A stretch of DNA of 63,782 bases, the filler included, from Pseudomonadota bacterium (GTDB lineage: Bacteria; Desulfobacterota; Desulfobacteria; Desulfobacterales; JBDRRP01), in the NCBI GenBank assembly GCA_043825735.1. It is 6 parts of 5 records of this genome, joined end to end, with 100 filler letters (N's around TTAATTAATTAA, not from the genome) between each part and the next. Parts side by side here need not be neighbours in the genome. Positions count along the whole stretch, not along the records: positions 21,092 to 47,878 come from JBDRRP010000073.1; positions 47,979 to 57,601 come from JBDRRP010000076.1; 4 more parts are not named here. One strand, written 5' to 3'. The notes beneath the pieces are model-generated. The model saw only the letters and a program-made list of their open reading frames with translations. It ran no database searches and had not been told where the DNA came from. Every line of letters begins with the position of its first letter. Positions within the stretch are counted from its first letter, which is position 1. Below are positions 40,799 to 50,598 of this stretch, one piece after another. Position numbers and translations under genes: made by a program.

Positions 40799-40948
40799 TA
40801 AATCCGAAATAGGAAGCACGAAATTCGAAACAAATTCAAATGACCCAATGACAGAAACAGGTGCTTAATAACTCTAATGATCGGTTCTGTTTTATTTTTC
40901 GGTCATTTGGATTTGCCTTATTGTTTCGTATTTCGATATTCGGATTTG
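40799..40948. repeat. Inverted pair of AAATCCGAAAT-type degenerate tandem repeats
   Basis: AAATCCGAAAT..CGAAATTCGAAACAAATTCAAATGAC / GTCATTTGGATTT..TTGTTTCGTATTTCGATATTCGGATTT. Confidence 0.65.
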
Positions 40949-40987
40949 CGGCGTTCGCCTTGAGAACCTGCCGGATTTTTCATCACT

Positions 40988-42157
40988 TTAGTAAGCATAA
41001 GAAAGCCAGCTCATGAAACGAATATAGATCTTACCCAACCCCCTGAGCAGCCCGCGCTCGCGGGTGTAGGCAATGACTTCGGCCTGGCCGCCGATCCGGA
41101 CATTGTTCTCCAGATGCGCATTCTGGCCAGACTCAAACTTGATCACCACGGGAAAACGCTGGGACTGCCGCAGCCAGTCGCGGCTGTTCTGGATCGTGGG
41201 CAGATTGCCCGGCGGCGGCGGCTGGCCGGCGGCCACCCCCAGGCCGATGCTGTGTACCCGGCCTGCAAACACCCGGCCCGGCACGGCGTCCACCACAATT
41301 TCCACCGGCGTGCCGGCCTGCATATGCCCCAGGTTGTTCTCGGTATATTCAGCCCTGATCCAGACATCATGGATGGCAATCAGGGTCAGGACCGCAGCAC
41401 CGGTGCCGGCAAACTGGCCCACATCCGCCCGCAGATCGGTCACGACGCCGCTGGCAGATGCCCTTACCACCGTGTTTTCCAGATCGAGCTGGGCCTTTGC
41501 CACCACGCTTTGCGCACTTTGCAGCTTGGCGTTATCCTCGCCTTCGCCGCCCTTTTGTTCAATGGCGCGCTGGATCTCCGCCTCGGCCGCCGTCACCTGG
41601 GCGCGGGACTGCTCCAGGGTAGCGCGGGCAATCTCCAGACGCCGTACCGAGATGGTTCCCGGATCCTCCCGGTACAACCGTTCCTGGCGTTCGGCATCCT
41701 GCCGGGCCTTTGTAAATTTGGCCCGGGCCACCCGCAAGCCGGCCTGGGCCGACTCGACCCCGGCACTGCCGGCACTGATCTGGCGCTGTACATTTTCCAG
41801 ATCCGAACGCGCCCTTTTCAGGGCGATCTCGTATTGCGCGCGATCGATTTCGAACAGCGGCTGCCCGGTGACAACCCGCAGGTTGTTTTTGACGTGCACC
41901 TGGGTCACCACCCCGGCAACCTTGGGCGCAACCCCGATGACAAAGCCCTGCACCCGCGCCTGCCGGGTATACGGGGTAAAGCGGTCCGAGGCCAGGTACC
42001 AGGTCATGCTCAACAGGATCAGCAGGAGAATGCCGGCGGCGCCTGTTTTTACGGTCTTGGCGGCCTTGTTTTCAGCTGCCGGTCCCGGCTCGGATACCGG
42101 TGCAACCTCATCTACCGGTTCGGCCGCAGTTTCTGGTCTTTGTTCTTGATCACTCAT
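40988..42157 (-). CDS. HlyD family membrane fusion protein
   Basis: TPYTRQARV, VAPKVAG, LFEID, YTENNLG, QRFPV. Confidence 0.9.
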   Translation of the reverse strand: MSDQEQRPETAAEPVDEVAPVSEPGPAAENKAAKTVKTGAAGILLLILLSMTWYLASDRFTPYTRQARVQGFVIGVAPKVAGVVTQVHVKNNLRVVTGQPLFEIDRAQYEIALKRARSDLENVQRQISAGSAGVESAQAGLRVARAKFTKARQDAERQERLYREDPGTISVRRLEIARATLEQSRAQVTAAEAEIQRAIEQKGGEGEDNAKLQSAQSVVAKAQLDLENTVVRASASGVVTDLRADVGQFAGTGAAVLTLIAIHDVWIRAEYTENNLGHMQAGTPVEIVVDAVPGRVFAGRVHSIGLGVAAGQPPPPGNLPTIQNSRDWLRQSQRFPVVIKFESGQNAHLENNVRIGGQAEVIAYTRERGLLRGLGKIYIRFMSWLSYAY

Positions 42158-43739
42158 CTTGCACTGCCTTGTCGTTTGAGGGTGGTTTGGGCAAAGGCTC
42201 CGCAATGGGGGCGGTCAGCAAGTCGCCCCAGTTACTGCGTTCTTTCATGGTTTCCCGGATGTCGGCAGGGATCAACTGGTCGACCGGTGTGGCCACCCAG
42301 CCGCCCCCCAACCCCTTATACAGGCTGATGACAGCGCTGATGTGGCTGCCCTGGTTGACAAGCTGGCGTTCGGACTGGGCAAACAGGGAACGCTGGGCCT
42401 CGATCACCCGCTGAAAATCAGCGTAACCTTCACGATAGCGTGTATTCGCAATCTGCAGGGCCCGTTCGGCCGCTTGCACGGATCCATCGATCACTGCCTG
42501 CTGTTCTTTGGTTTTAACAACACTGAACACCGCAGTGTCTATTTCCCGGGCGGCCTCTAATACCGCCTGCTGGTAGGCTTCGATCAACTGCTGGAGGCGG
42601 GCATCCTGGAGCCGCACATTGTTTTTAATACGGCCGTAGTCGAAAATGTTCCAGCGCAGGGCCGGGCCGAGGGTGAAACTGCCTGAATCCGAGGTGCCGC
42701 TCAGGCTGCTGCCCGTCCAGCCGAGACCCCCCAGCAGCGATATGGCCGGATAATATTCGGCTTCGGCGATCCCGATCTGGGCGGATTGCGCGGCTACCTG
42801 CCAGGCGGCCGCCCGCACATCGGGCCGGCGCAAGAGCAGGTTGGCCGGAATGTCGCGAACACTGTCAACCGACTGGTCGGGCAGGGTGTCACCCGCAGCG
42901 GCAAGCTCCGGGATATCTCCGGGCGGCCTCCCCAGTAAAACCCCCAGGGCGTTGCGGGTTGCGGCCAATGTTATTTCCAGGCTGGGAACAGTGGACAGGG
43001 TGGCCAGGTACTGGGTCCGGGCCTGCTGTACGTCGAGCTCCGAATTATCGCCGCTTTTGAAGATCTTTTCCGTAATATCGTAGCTGCGTTTTTGGATAGC
43101 TGCGTTTTTCAGGGCAATAGCAATGCGGGCGGCCGTGGTCCGGTAGGCATAATAGAGATCGGTCACCTGGGCACTGATCAGGACCTGCATGGCCTGCTGA
43201 TTGGCCACCGAGGCAAAAAAGGCCGCGTCGGCGGATTCGATACCCCGTTTGAAACGGCCCCAGAAATCCAGTTCCCAGGCCATATTGAAGCCCGCACTGT
43301 AACTGGCAAAACCCTGGTTGCTGCCGCCCCCGGGGCCCTGGGCGTTCACGTAATTGATGGCCCCCGTGGCCTGCTGAACCTGCGGATACCGGCTGCTGCC
43401 GGCAATGCCGAGCAGGGCGCGGCTTTCGAATATACGCAATCCGGCGATCCGCAGGGAGTAGTTTTCCCGGCGGGCCTCTGCGATGAGCCCGTTCAAAACC
43501 GGGTCATTGAACTGATGCCACCAGAAGCGTAAATCCACCTGGTCCGGCGCGGCCGTGGTGCTGACCTGGCCCGGCCCCACGGGTTCCCATTTGTCCAGCC
43601 AGCCGACTTCCGGTTCCTGGTAGTCCGGTCCCAGGGTGGTGCAACTACTCAAAGTAAACAGTCCGCAGGCCAGGATCAGGCCAAACCATAATTGCCGGTG
43701 GCGTTTTATGATCATTTGGCAAGTGCTCATTTTGGTCAC
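42150..43739 (-). CDS. NodT/TolC family outer membrane efflux lipoprotein
   Basis: LSSC lipobox, WELDFWG, LLRRPDVRAA, LYKGLGGGW. Confidence 0.93.
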   Translation of the reverse strand: MTKMSTCQMIIKRHRQLWFGLILACGLFTLSSCTTLGPDYQEPEVGWLDKWEPVGPGQVSTTAAPDQVDLRFWWHQFNDPVLNGLIAEARRENYSLRIAGLRIFESRALLGIAGSSRYPQVQQATGAINYVNAQGPGGGSNQGFASYSAGFNMAWELDFWGRFKRGIESADAAFFASVANQQAMQVLISAQVTDLYYAYRTTAARIAIALKNAAIQKRSYDITEKIFKSGDNSELDVQQARTQYLATLSTVPSLEITLAATRNALGVLLGRPPGDIPELAAAGDTLPDQSVDSVRDIPANLLLRRPDVRAAAWQVAAQSAQIGIAEAEYYPAISLLGGLGWTGSSLSGTSDSGSFTLGPALRWNIFDYGRIKNNVRLQDARLQQLIEAYQQAVLEAAREIDTAVFSVVKTKEQQAVIDGSVQAAERALQIANTRYREGYADFQRVIEAQRSLFAQSERQLVNQGSHISAVISLYKGLGGGWVATPVDQLIPADIRETMKERSNWGDLLTAPIAEPLPKPPSNDKAVQDE

Positions 43740-44818
43740 TCGGCCGCCCCCTCCGCTTGCGTTTCTTCATCGAGCCAGGCTGTAAAGAGAGTGTACAGGA
43801 TAGCCAGGACAACCGCGCCCACAAACAGTCCCAGAATGCCGGATAAAATCATCCCCCCCAGGGAGCCGATTAAAATTACGAGCATCGGTATGTCCACCCC
43901 GCGGCCCATGAGCAGCGGTTTTAAAATTCCATCGCTGGCGCTGATAATTAACGCACAGATAAGGAAAAGAACCGCGGTCGTTGTGCTTGCGGCCGAAAAC
44001 ATATAGGCGGCCACCGGGCCCAATACGAGAATGGGCGGCAATTGGCTGACAGCACAAATCAAAACGAGTACCGCCCAGAGACCCGCTGCGGGCACGCCGG
44101 CTACCAGCATACCGATCGCTGAAAGCACCGCTTGAATGACCGCCACCCCCACGACTCCCTGCATCACACCCCTTATCGTCGCGACTGCCAGATCGGCAAT
44201 CTCCGAACCTCTGTCACCCGTAAAACGCGTGAACACCTTGCGGGCCAGGCCTGCGCTTGGTTCTGATTTTGCAAGGAACACGCCCGCAATAATGGTTGAA
44301 ATCACGATCATAAAGATACCGGACAAGCCGCCGCCCACAGAACTCAGTACCGCTTCTAAAGCCGATTTAATTTGCGGTGTGTATTGTTTGAGGGCCGCGG
44401 TTAGATTGGTAGATGCCAAGAGCCACACTTCGTGAAGTGATTTACCGACCACGGGCCAACCCGCAACGGCTTCGGGCGGCGGGGGAACCGCCAGGGTGCC
44501 GTTTTGCATCTGTTCCGCCACTGTCTGGATGGTCTCAATAGAAGATAAAAACAGCATGACCGTGGGGATAATGAGCACGGCTATAATTGTCAGGACCAAA
44601 AGTCCCGCGGACAGGGTCCGCCGGCCGCCTGCTTTTTTGGAAACCCAGGCAATAAAAGGCTCCGCTGCCACGGCCAGGATCATGCCCCAGATAACCGGGA
44701 TGAGAAATGGTTTTATAAGCTGGAAGGCCCATACCACCAGAATCCCGAGAAGCGCTACTTTGATGATGACCTCGATCATATTTTTCTGAAACAGTTTCTG
44801 GCTGTCCAGGGATTCCAT
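43736..44818 (-). CDS. AI-2E family transporter
   Basis: DGILKPLLMGRG, GILGLFVGAVVLA. Confidence 0.9.
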   Translation of the reverse strand: MESLDSQKLFQKNMIEVIIKVALLGILVVWAFQLIKPFLIPVIWGMILAVAAEPFIAWVSKKAGGRRTLSAGLLVLTIIAVLIIPTVMLFLSSIETIQTVAEQMQNGTLAVPPPPEAVAGWPVVGKSLHEVWLLASTNLTAALKQYTPQIKSALEAVLSSVGGGLSGIFMIVISTIIAGVFLAKSEPSAGLARKVFTRFTGDRGSEIADLAVATIRGVMQGVVGVAVIQAVLSAIGMLVAGVPAAGLWAVLVLICAVSQLPPILVLGPVAAYMFSAASTTTAVLFLICALIISASDGILKPLLMGRGVDIPMLVILIGSLGGMILSGILGLFVGAVVLAILYTLFTAWLDEETQAEGAAE

Positions 44819-45329
44819 AATGCCCTTTCCTCCTGTGCTTATCTTTTTGACACTTCAAAAACTGCTCAACTCAGGTACAGAGTGGTTTAAATGTACAGTC
44901 ATCTATTAAATAATTCTGTTTCCATAGTCTCTGAGGCACTTTTAAAAAACTGCCCTTTTTTTCAACAGAGTATCGGATGGGTTGCTCTGTCATCACATTG
45001 GTAGCAGTAGGCAAATTACAGATAAATTGCCACGAAACCAATATATCACTCTTACCAAAAACTTGTGATATTTACAATTTTAGGGGGTTCGACGAGGTTG
45101 TGATATGATAAGAGTATCTGGAATGCGGAATATTGCCAATAAACTGCGGTCAATCTGTGGTTGAAGGAAGGTTGGGGCGGGACGCGGAATATTTGCTTCT
45201 CTAATATTCCAAATTTATTTTGGTTTCGAACAATACAAAAGACATTGTGGCATTTGCAGGCCTGACTTCTTGGTGTCAAAACCTTTTCAATTCGAAAAGA
45301 GGCAACCGTTCAGAAATTTGTGACCAGAA

Positions 45330-45710
45330 GCTCGCATCCGAATAAAAGAAGGTGCCTGGGCGATCGTAGCGGGCTAAAAAATCCTGCCAGGCCAGGTTTT
45401 CGATTGTGACCCCGGAAAGTCGGAGGTGAACCTCAGAAAGTTCCTCCTCCATTCGGATCAGATTGATCCTTGGACGGCTCATGGGCGCCGTTCAGAATTT
45501 TCTGCCTTTTACCCTTCCACCAAAACACATCCGTTGCAAGTAATAATATCGCGCTGCGCGCTGGATATCTGTGAGACCGCCGGCGTCCTGCTGGCGTTTA
45601 GAATTCTCAAACCATTCCCGGCTGGCAAGTAGCCATTTAAACTGCGTTAAAAACTCCTCCAAGTGGTATTGGAGCACCCTGTAAAAGGCGACCAGGTCGC
45701 TGTCGAGTTT
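45330..45710 (-). pseudogene. Internal fragment of a phage-type Dam (D12 class) adenine methylase
   Basis: DLVAFYRVLQ, LTDIQRAARYYYLQ, in-frame TGA at 45492, VTIENLAW, YDRPGTFFY; lacks N-terminus and DPPY. Confidence 0.8.
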
Positions 45711-45736
45711 AATCCTGTTTTTTCTATCATGGTAAT

Positions 45737-47671
45737 TCACGAATCGATTTTCAGCACCCTGTGAACGGTATGGGCCAAGTCCGCATAGATTATTGGTTTC
45801 ATGAGCATGGCGCTTATACCGATGGCTTCCGTTGCCTGGGGGTGAATTCGTTCGCTGAATCCGCTGCAAAGTATTATCGGGATATCGGGCCGGATTGTCC
45901 TCATTCTTCGAGCCATTTCATCACCGGTCATCTTCGGCATGGTTAGATCGCTGATGACAAGGTCGAATTTTTTGGGAGCGGTTCGGAAGGCTTCAATAGC
46001 ATCTATGGCACTTACCCTGGTTTCAACCCGGTAGCCCAGACGTTCCAAAAAATCCCGGCCGATGTCGATCAATGATTCTTCGTCATCAACAAAGAGGATG
46101 CACCCACTGCCGGTGGGCAGTGGGTTCGCTTCCTCGACAGCGGTTTCGGCGGTAGCCTCGGCTGTGGGAAGAAATACATGGAAAGTCGTGCCGGTCCCCA
46201 CCTCGCTATAAACCTTAATGTTACCACCGTGGTCCTTGACAATGCCGTGTACGGTTGCAAGCCCCAAGCCGGTGCCCTCCCCGGTGGATTTGGTGGTAAA
46301 ATAGGGGTCGAAAATTCGGTCGATCGTTTTCGGTGGAATCCCACAGCCGTTATCGGTAATGGAAAGCTTGAGGTAGTTCCCCGAATTCATCCCAGGAAAG
46401 CTCCTTAAATCATGATCTTGAATGTTAATAGCCTCCAAACTTACATCAAGTAAACCGTTGGCGGATTTCATTGCGTGGTAGGCATTGGTGCACAGATTCA
46501 TGACGATCTGGTGAATGTGAATTTCATTAGCGAATACAGGAGCCAGATTATGTGAAATATTTGTCTGGATTTCAATATTAGCAGGCAAAGACGCTTTGAT
46601 GAGTTTTAAAGCCTCATCCACAACCCGGCTGATATCAATCGGGCCCTTTTCCGAACGGTCTTGACGGCTGAACAAAAGTATTTGTTGAACCAGTTCCTTT
46701 GCACGATGACCAGCCTTGATGATCTGGGTAACATAATTACCAAGTTTGATATCAGCATGGGATTCAATTTGTGCAAGTTCGGCATACCCTAAAATAGCGC
46801 CCAGAATATTGTTAAAATCGTGTGCAATCCCGCCGGCAAGTGTCCCCAACGATTCCATTTTCTGAGATTGGCGTATCTGGTATTCCATTTCGATTCGTTG
46901 TTTTTCGGCTTCTTTTCGTTCGGAAATGTCTTTAACGAAAGAGACACTATAGGGCACGTTGTTAAATTCCAATAGGATTCCGCTAATCTCCACGGGAATA
47001 TCGATGCCGCCCTTTCGGCGGTGGACGGTTTCAAAGGTGTCTATGCCTTTGAGCTGCTTCTGCTGGAGCCATATCTGATCGATTTCCTGTGGAGAAAAGC
47101 CCCGGTCAAATTCAAGGACATTCATCTGACAAAGCTCTTCCTTGGTATATCCGAGATATCGGCAGGCATGATCGTTGACGTTGGTGATATCGCCGCCGTC
47201 CCGAATCAGGAAAATACCGAGTGGGGCATTGTCGAAAACAAACTGAGTAACGCGCAACGATTCATCAACACGCTTTCGTTCCGTGATGTCGCTGATGAGG
47301 GCCATTGAATAGCGATGGCCCTCAAATTCAATCAGCGTCGCGGTAACTTCCACCGGAAAAATCGTGCCATCCTTCCGACGATGCTCGCTCTCGAAGGAGG
47401 CGGTGCCGTCATCGCATAACATTTTCCAGATATGCGGCCACATTTCCCTTTTGGTGGCGGGATCGATGTCAAAGACCGACATTTCCAAGAGTTCTCCCCG
47501 TGAATAGCCAAGGGAATCGCAAGCCTTACGGTTGGCGTATCGGATGCATCCTTCTTGGTCCAGCCGTAATGCACAGACTGATGCATTATCCAGGCAAAAC
47601 ATAGCCAGCCGTAATTCCTGCTTGGCGTCGATTGTTAAAGAGGCGCGATCGCTTCCCATGTAGTTTTCCAC
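45737..47671 (-). CDS. Cytoplasmic PAS-PAS hybrid sensor kinase
   Basis: HRRKDG PAS motifs, GIAHDFNN, GTGLGLATVHG, LFVDDE. Confidence 0.92.
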   Translation of the reverse strand: MENYMGSDRASLTIDAKQELRLAMFCLDNASVCALRLDQEGCIRYANRKACDSLGYSRGELLEMSVFDIDPATKREMWPHIWKMLCDDGTASFESEHRRKDGTIFPVEVTATLIEFEGHRYSMALISDITERKRVDESLRVTQFVFDNAPLGIFLIRDGGDITNVNDHACRYLGYTKEELCQMNVLEFDRGFSPQEIDQIWLQQKQLKGIDTFETVHRRKGGIDIPVEISGILLEFNNVPYSVSFVKDISERKEAEKQRIEMEYQIRQSQKMESLGTLAGGIAHDFNNILGAILGYAELAQIESHADIKLGNYVTQIIKAGHRAKELVQQILLFSRQDRSEKGPIDISRVVDEALKLIKASLPANIEIQTNISHNLAPVFANEIHIHQIVMNLCTNAYHAMKSANGLLDVSLEAINIQDHDLRSFPGMNSGNYLKLSITDNGCGIPPKTIDRIFDPYFTTKSTGEGTGLGLATVHGIVKDHGGNIKVYSEVGTGTTFHVFLPTAEATAETAVEEANPLPTGSGCILFVDDEESLIDIGRDFLERLGYRVETRVSAIDAIEAFRTAPKKFDLVISDLTMPKMTGDEMARRMRTIRPDIPIILCSGFSERIHPQATEAIGISAMLMKPIIYADLAHTVHRVLKIDS

Positions 47672-47708
47672 CCTTTGTTAAATAGGATGCTGTAGCAAAA
47701 AAAACAAT

Positions 47709-47878
47709 TGGGGACGCCCTTATCTTAAAAAACCTTTGGGGACGCCCTTATCTTATTAACTTAACGTTCAACCGCTCCGCAATTTCAGCCCCTCGCCGGA
47801 CCGACTTACTGATGGCAACGGTCGAGATCCCCAGCCGCCGGCCCATGGCGGCCATGCTCTCGCCTAACTCGCGAACCG
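47709..47878 (-). mobile_element. 3' end of a RAYT-like (Y1) transposase with tandem GGGGACGCCCTTATCTTA repeats
   Basis: Translates VRELGESMAAMGRRLGISTVAISKSVRRG (C-terminal HTH); repeats at about 47709-47727 and 47737-47755. Confidence 0.6.
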
Positions 47879-47978
47879 NNNNNNNNNNNNNNNNNNNNNN
47901 NNNNNNNNNNNNNNNNNNNNNNTTAATTAATTAANNNNNNNNNNNNNNNNNNNNNNNNNNNNNNNNNNNNNNNNNNNN

Positions 47979-50558
47979 TACTACACGGCCTGCCCGAACC
48001 CATTCATTGAGGATTTTATTAAGCATTACGGGAAACCGTACGACCCGGAAACTGATAACTATCGACGGGAGACGTTTGCGGCGGATGTGAGCGAGGGCAA
48101 GAACGACCCGATCTACAACGCCCACTCCTACCACACAAAGGTGCCCCACAAGGCCATCATGCGGTACATTCTTCATTACACCGAGCCGGGTAACGTAGTA
48201 TTTGACGGGTTCTGCGGGACCGGAATGACCGGCGTAGCCGCACAACTATGTGATGATCCAAGCACTCTCTTAGCGCTTGGATACACGCCCAAATCAGATG
48301 ATAAGCTTTACGACGAGAACGGCCAAAGCATCGGAAGAAAAGGGTGCCGAAAGGCTATTCTAAATGACCTCTCTCCGGCAGCAACGCTTATCGCTGCTGG
48401 ATATAACCTGACGAGAAGCCCCGAATCTTTTTCAGAACTTGCCGGAGAATTGCTCAAGAAGTTCAATAGAGAATACGGATGGATGTACCAGACTGCGGAC
48501 CCTAAGTCAGGAGATGTCTGCGATATCGACTTTACCGTTTGGTCAGAGGTGTTTAGTTGTCCTCATTGCTCAGGGGAGTTGGAATTTTGGACACTGGCAT
48601 ATGACACCTCAACCGGCAAGATTGTTGAAAATCCCACTTGCCCACACTGCTCTGCCAAGGTTTCCAAGCGAAATCTTATCCGCCGAACAACAAAGTACTA
48701 CGACAAGGCTGTTGGGGCTACCCGCACTAAACAAATTCTTAAGCCGGTTGAAATTTGTTATCGCCACCGAGGTGCCAAAAAGAAAAAGCTTCCGGACGAA
48801 AAAGATCTTCAAGTTCTGTCGAAGATCGAGCAGATGTTGGAAGATATTGATTACCCTACTGAATTAATGATGTTCACGCCCGAAGGCGAAGAATGGGGCG
48901 ATCTTTATCGAGGCTACCACGAAGGCATCAGTCGGGTTCACGATTTTCATCTTACACGTCAACTTGTTGCTTTCTCCATTCTCTGGCATAGTGCTTATGA
49001 CCTTCCATCAGAAGAGGCAAAACGTCTCTGGCGGTTCACACTTCAAAGCATTGTAGTGAGCTTCACTCGACGCAATAGATTTTTGAAGAATGCATATTCC
49101 CAGGTTAACCGAGCACTTAGCGGTACGTTGTATATCGGTTCGACTGTCAGTGAGCCGAGTCCAACATATGTCCTGACCGGAAAACTTAAGCGCTTCAACA
49201 AGGCTATTCCACCTTCAGAATTCGGGACGTTGATTACAACTCAGTCATTGGCATCTGTTCTCGTTCCAGACAACTCGGTTGACTATGTTTTCATCGATCC
49301 GCCATTTGGAGACAACCTACCTTATGCTGAACTGAATTTTTTGTGGGAAGCATGGCTTCAAGTGTTCACAAACGCAGCGCAAGATGCCGTGGTGAGCGGA
49401 AAGCAGGACAAGGATTTAGAAGTTTATACGCAGATGATGACCTCTTGTCTCAAGGAGGTGTATCGACTACTGAAACCCGGTCGATGGGTGACAATCGAGT
49501 TCCATAATTCAAAGAACTCCGTTTGGACGGCTATCCAAGAAGCTTTGGGTCAAGCGGGTTTTATTATTGCTGATGTCCGTGTTCTCGACAAAGGAATGCT
49601 GACGAAGAAGCAGCTCAATGCAAACGCTGTTAACAAAGATTTGGTCATTTCTGCCTATAAGCCAAACGGCGGGTTGGAGGAGTGCTTCAAACTTACAGCC
49701 GGTACCGAAGACGGTGTTTGGGATTTTGTCCGTACTCATCTTAAGCATCTTCCAGTATTTGTATCAGCCAACGGAATGGCGGAAATGATACCGGAGCGCC
49801 AGAGTCACTTGCTCTTTGATCGCATGGTTGCCTTCCATGTTCAACGAGGAACCAGGGTGCCTTTATCTGCTGCCGAATTCTATGCGGGACTGGAGCAACG
49901 CTTCCTTTCGCGTGATGGCATGTATTTCCTGTCCGACCAAGCGGCTGAATATGATAAAAAACGAATGACCGTTAGAGAGGTTCTCCAACTAGAGCTATTT
50001 GTCACTGATGAATCAACAGCCATCCAGTGGCTCAAACAACAGCTCACGAAGAACTCACAAACAGCAGGAGACCTGAAGCCGCAATTCATGCAAGAGATAG
50101 GTGGTTGGCAAAAGAATGAAAAGATGCTTGAGCTTGATGAACTATTGGAACAGAACTTCTTGCGTTACGACAGCATGGGTGAGGTGCCCAGCCAGATTCA
50201 CAGCTACCTCTCATCGAACTTCAAGGAACTGCGTAACTTGGCCAAGGACGATCCTGCGCTCAAGGCCAGAGCCAAGGACCGCTGGTATGTGCCCGATCCG
50301 AACAAAGCCGGCGACCTGGAGAAGCTGCGTGAACGAGCACTGTTGCGAGAGTTCGAGGAGTACCGCGAATCAAAACAAAAGCGCCTGAAGGTGTTCCGCC
50401 TGGAAGCGGTTCGCGCCGGATTCAAGAAGGCATGGCAAGAGCGCGACTACGCCACCATCATCGCCGTAGCCCGAAAGATTCCGGAGAAAATTCTTCAGGA
50501 AGACCCCAAGCTCCTAATGTGGTATGATCAGGCGCTCACTCGCACGGGGAAGGATTGA
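47979..50558 (+). CDS. pglXI: BREX-3 DNA methyltransferase PglXI, 5'-partial
   Basis: YYTACPNP, HSYHTKVP, FDGFCGTGMTG, two CPHC, FIDPPF, WYVPDPNK. Confidence 0.85.
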   Translation, partial: YYTACPNPFIEDFIKHYGKPYDPETDNYRRETFAADVSEGKNDPIYNAHSYHTKVPHKAIMRYILHYTEPGNVVFDGFCGTGMTGVAAQLCDDPSTLLALGYTPKSDDKLYDENGQSIGRKGCRKAILNDLSPAATLIAAGYNLTRSPESFSELAGELLKKFNREYGWMYQTADPKSGDVCDIDFTVWSEVFSCPHCSGELEFWTLAYDTSTGKIVENPTCPHCSAKVSKRNLIRRTTKYYDKAVGATRTKQILKPVEICYRHRGAKKKKLPDEKDLQVLSKIEQMLEDIDYPTELMMFTPEGEEWGDLYRGYHEGISRVHDFHLTRQLVAFSILWHSAYDLPSEEAKRLWRFTLQSIVVSFTRRNRFLKNAYSQVNRALSGTLYIGSTVSEPSPTYVLTGKLKRFNKAIPPSEFGTLITTQSLASVLVPDNSVDYVFIDPPFGDNLPYAELNFLWEAWLQVFTNAAQDAVVSGKQDKDLEVYTQMMTSCLKEVYRLLKPGRWVTIEFHNSKNSVWTAIQEALGQAGFIIADVRVLDKGMLTKKQLNANAVNKDLVISAYKPNGGLEECFKLTAGTEDGVWDFVRTHLKHLPVFVSANGMAEMIPERQSHLLFDRMVAFHVQRGTRVPLSAAEFYAGLEQRFLSRDGMYFLSDQAAEYDKKRMTVREVLQLELFVTDESTAIQWLKQQLTKNSQTAGDLKPQFMQEIGGWQKNEKMLELDELLEQNFLRYDSMGEVPSQIHSYLSSNFKELRNLAKDDPALKARAKDRWYVPDPNKAGDLEKLRERALLREFEEYRESKQKRLKVFRLEAVRAGFKKAWQERDYATIIAVARKIPEKILQEDPKLLMWYDQALTRTGKD

Positions 50559-50598
50559 AACATGGCTGGACACAAAGTGACGCGAATGGAGGAAGATA

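Noticed and set aside
41073..42328. Long + strand ORFs (358 and 404 aa) and similar antisense ORFs elsewhere
   Set aside because: Shadows of well-supported opposite-strand genes in GC-rich DNA
45492..45494. In-frame TGA in the dam fragment as selenocysteine
   Set aside because: Fragment is truncated at both ends and the position is not a Cys site; simple decay
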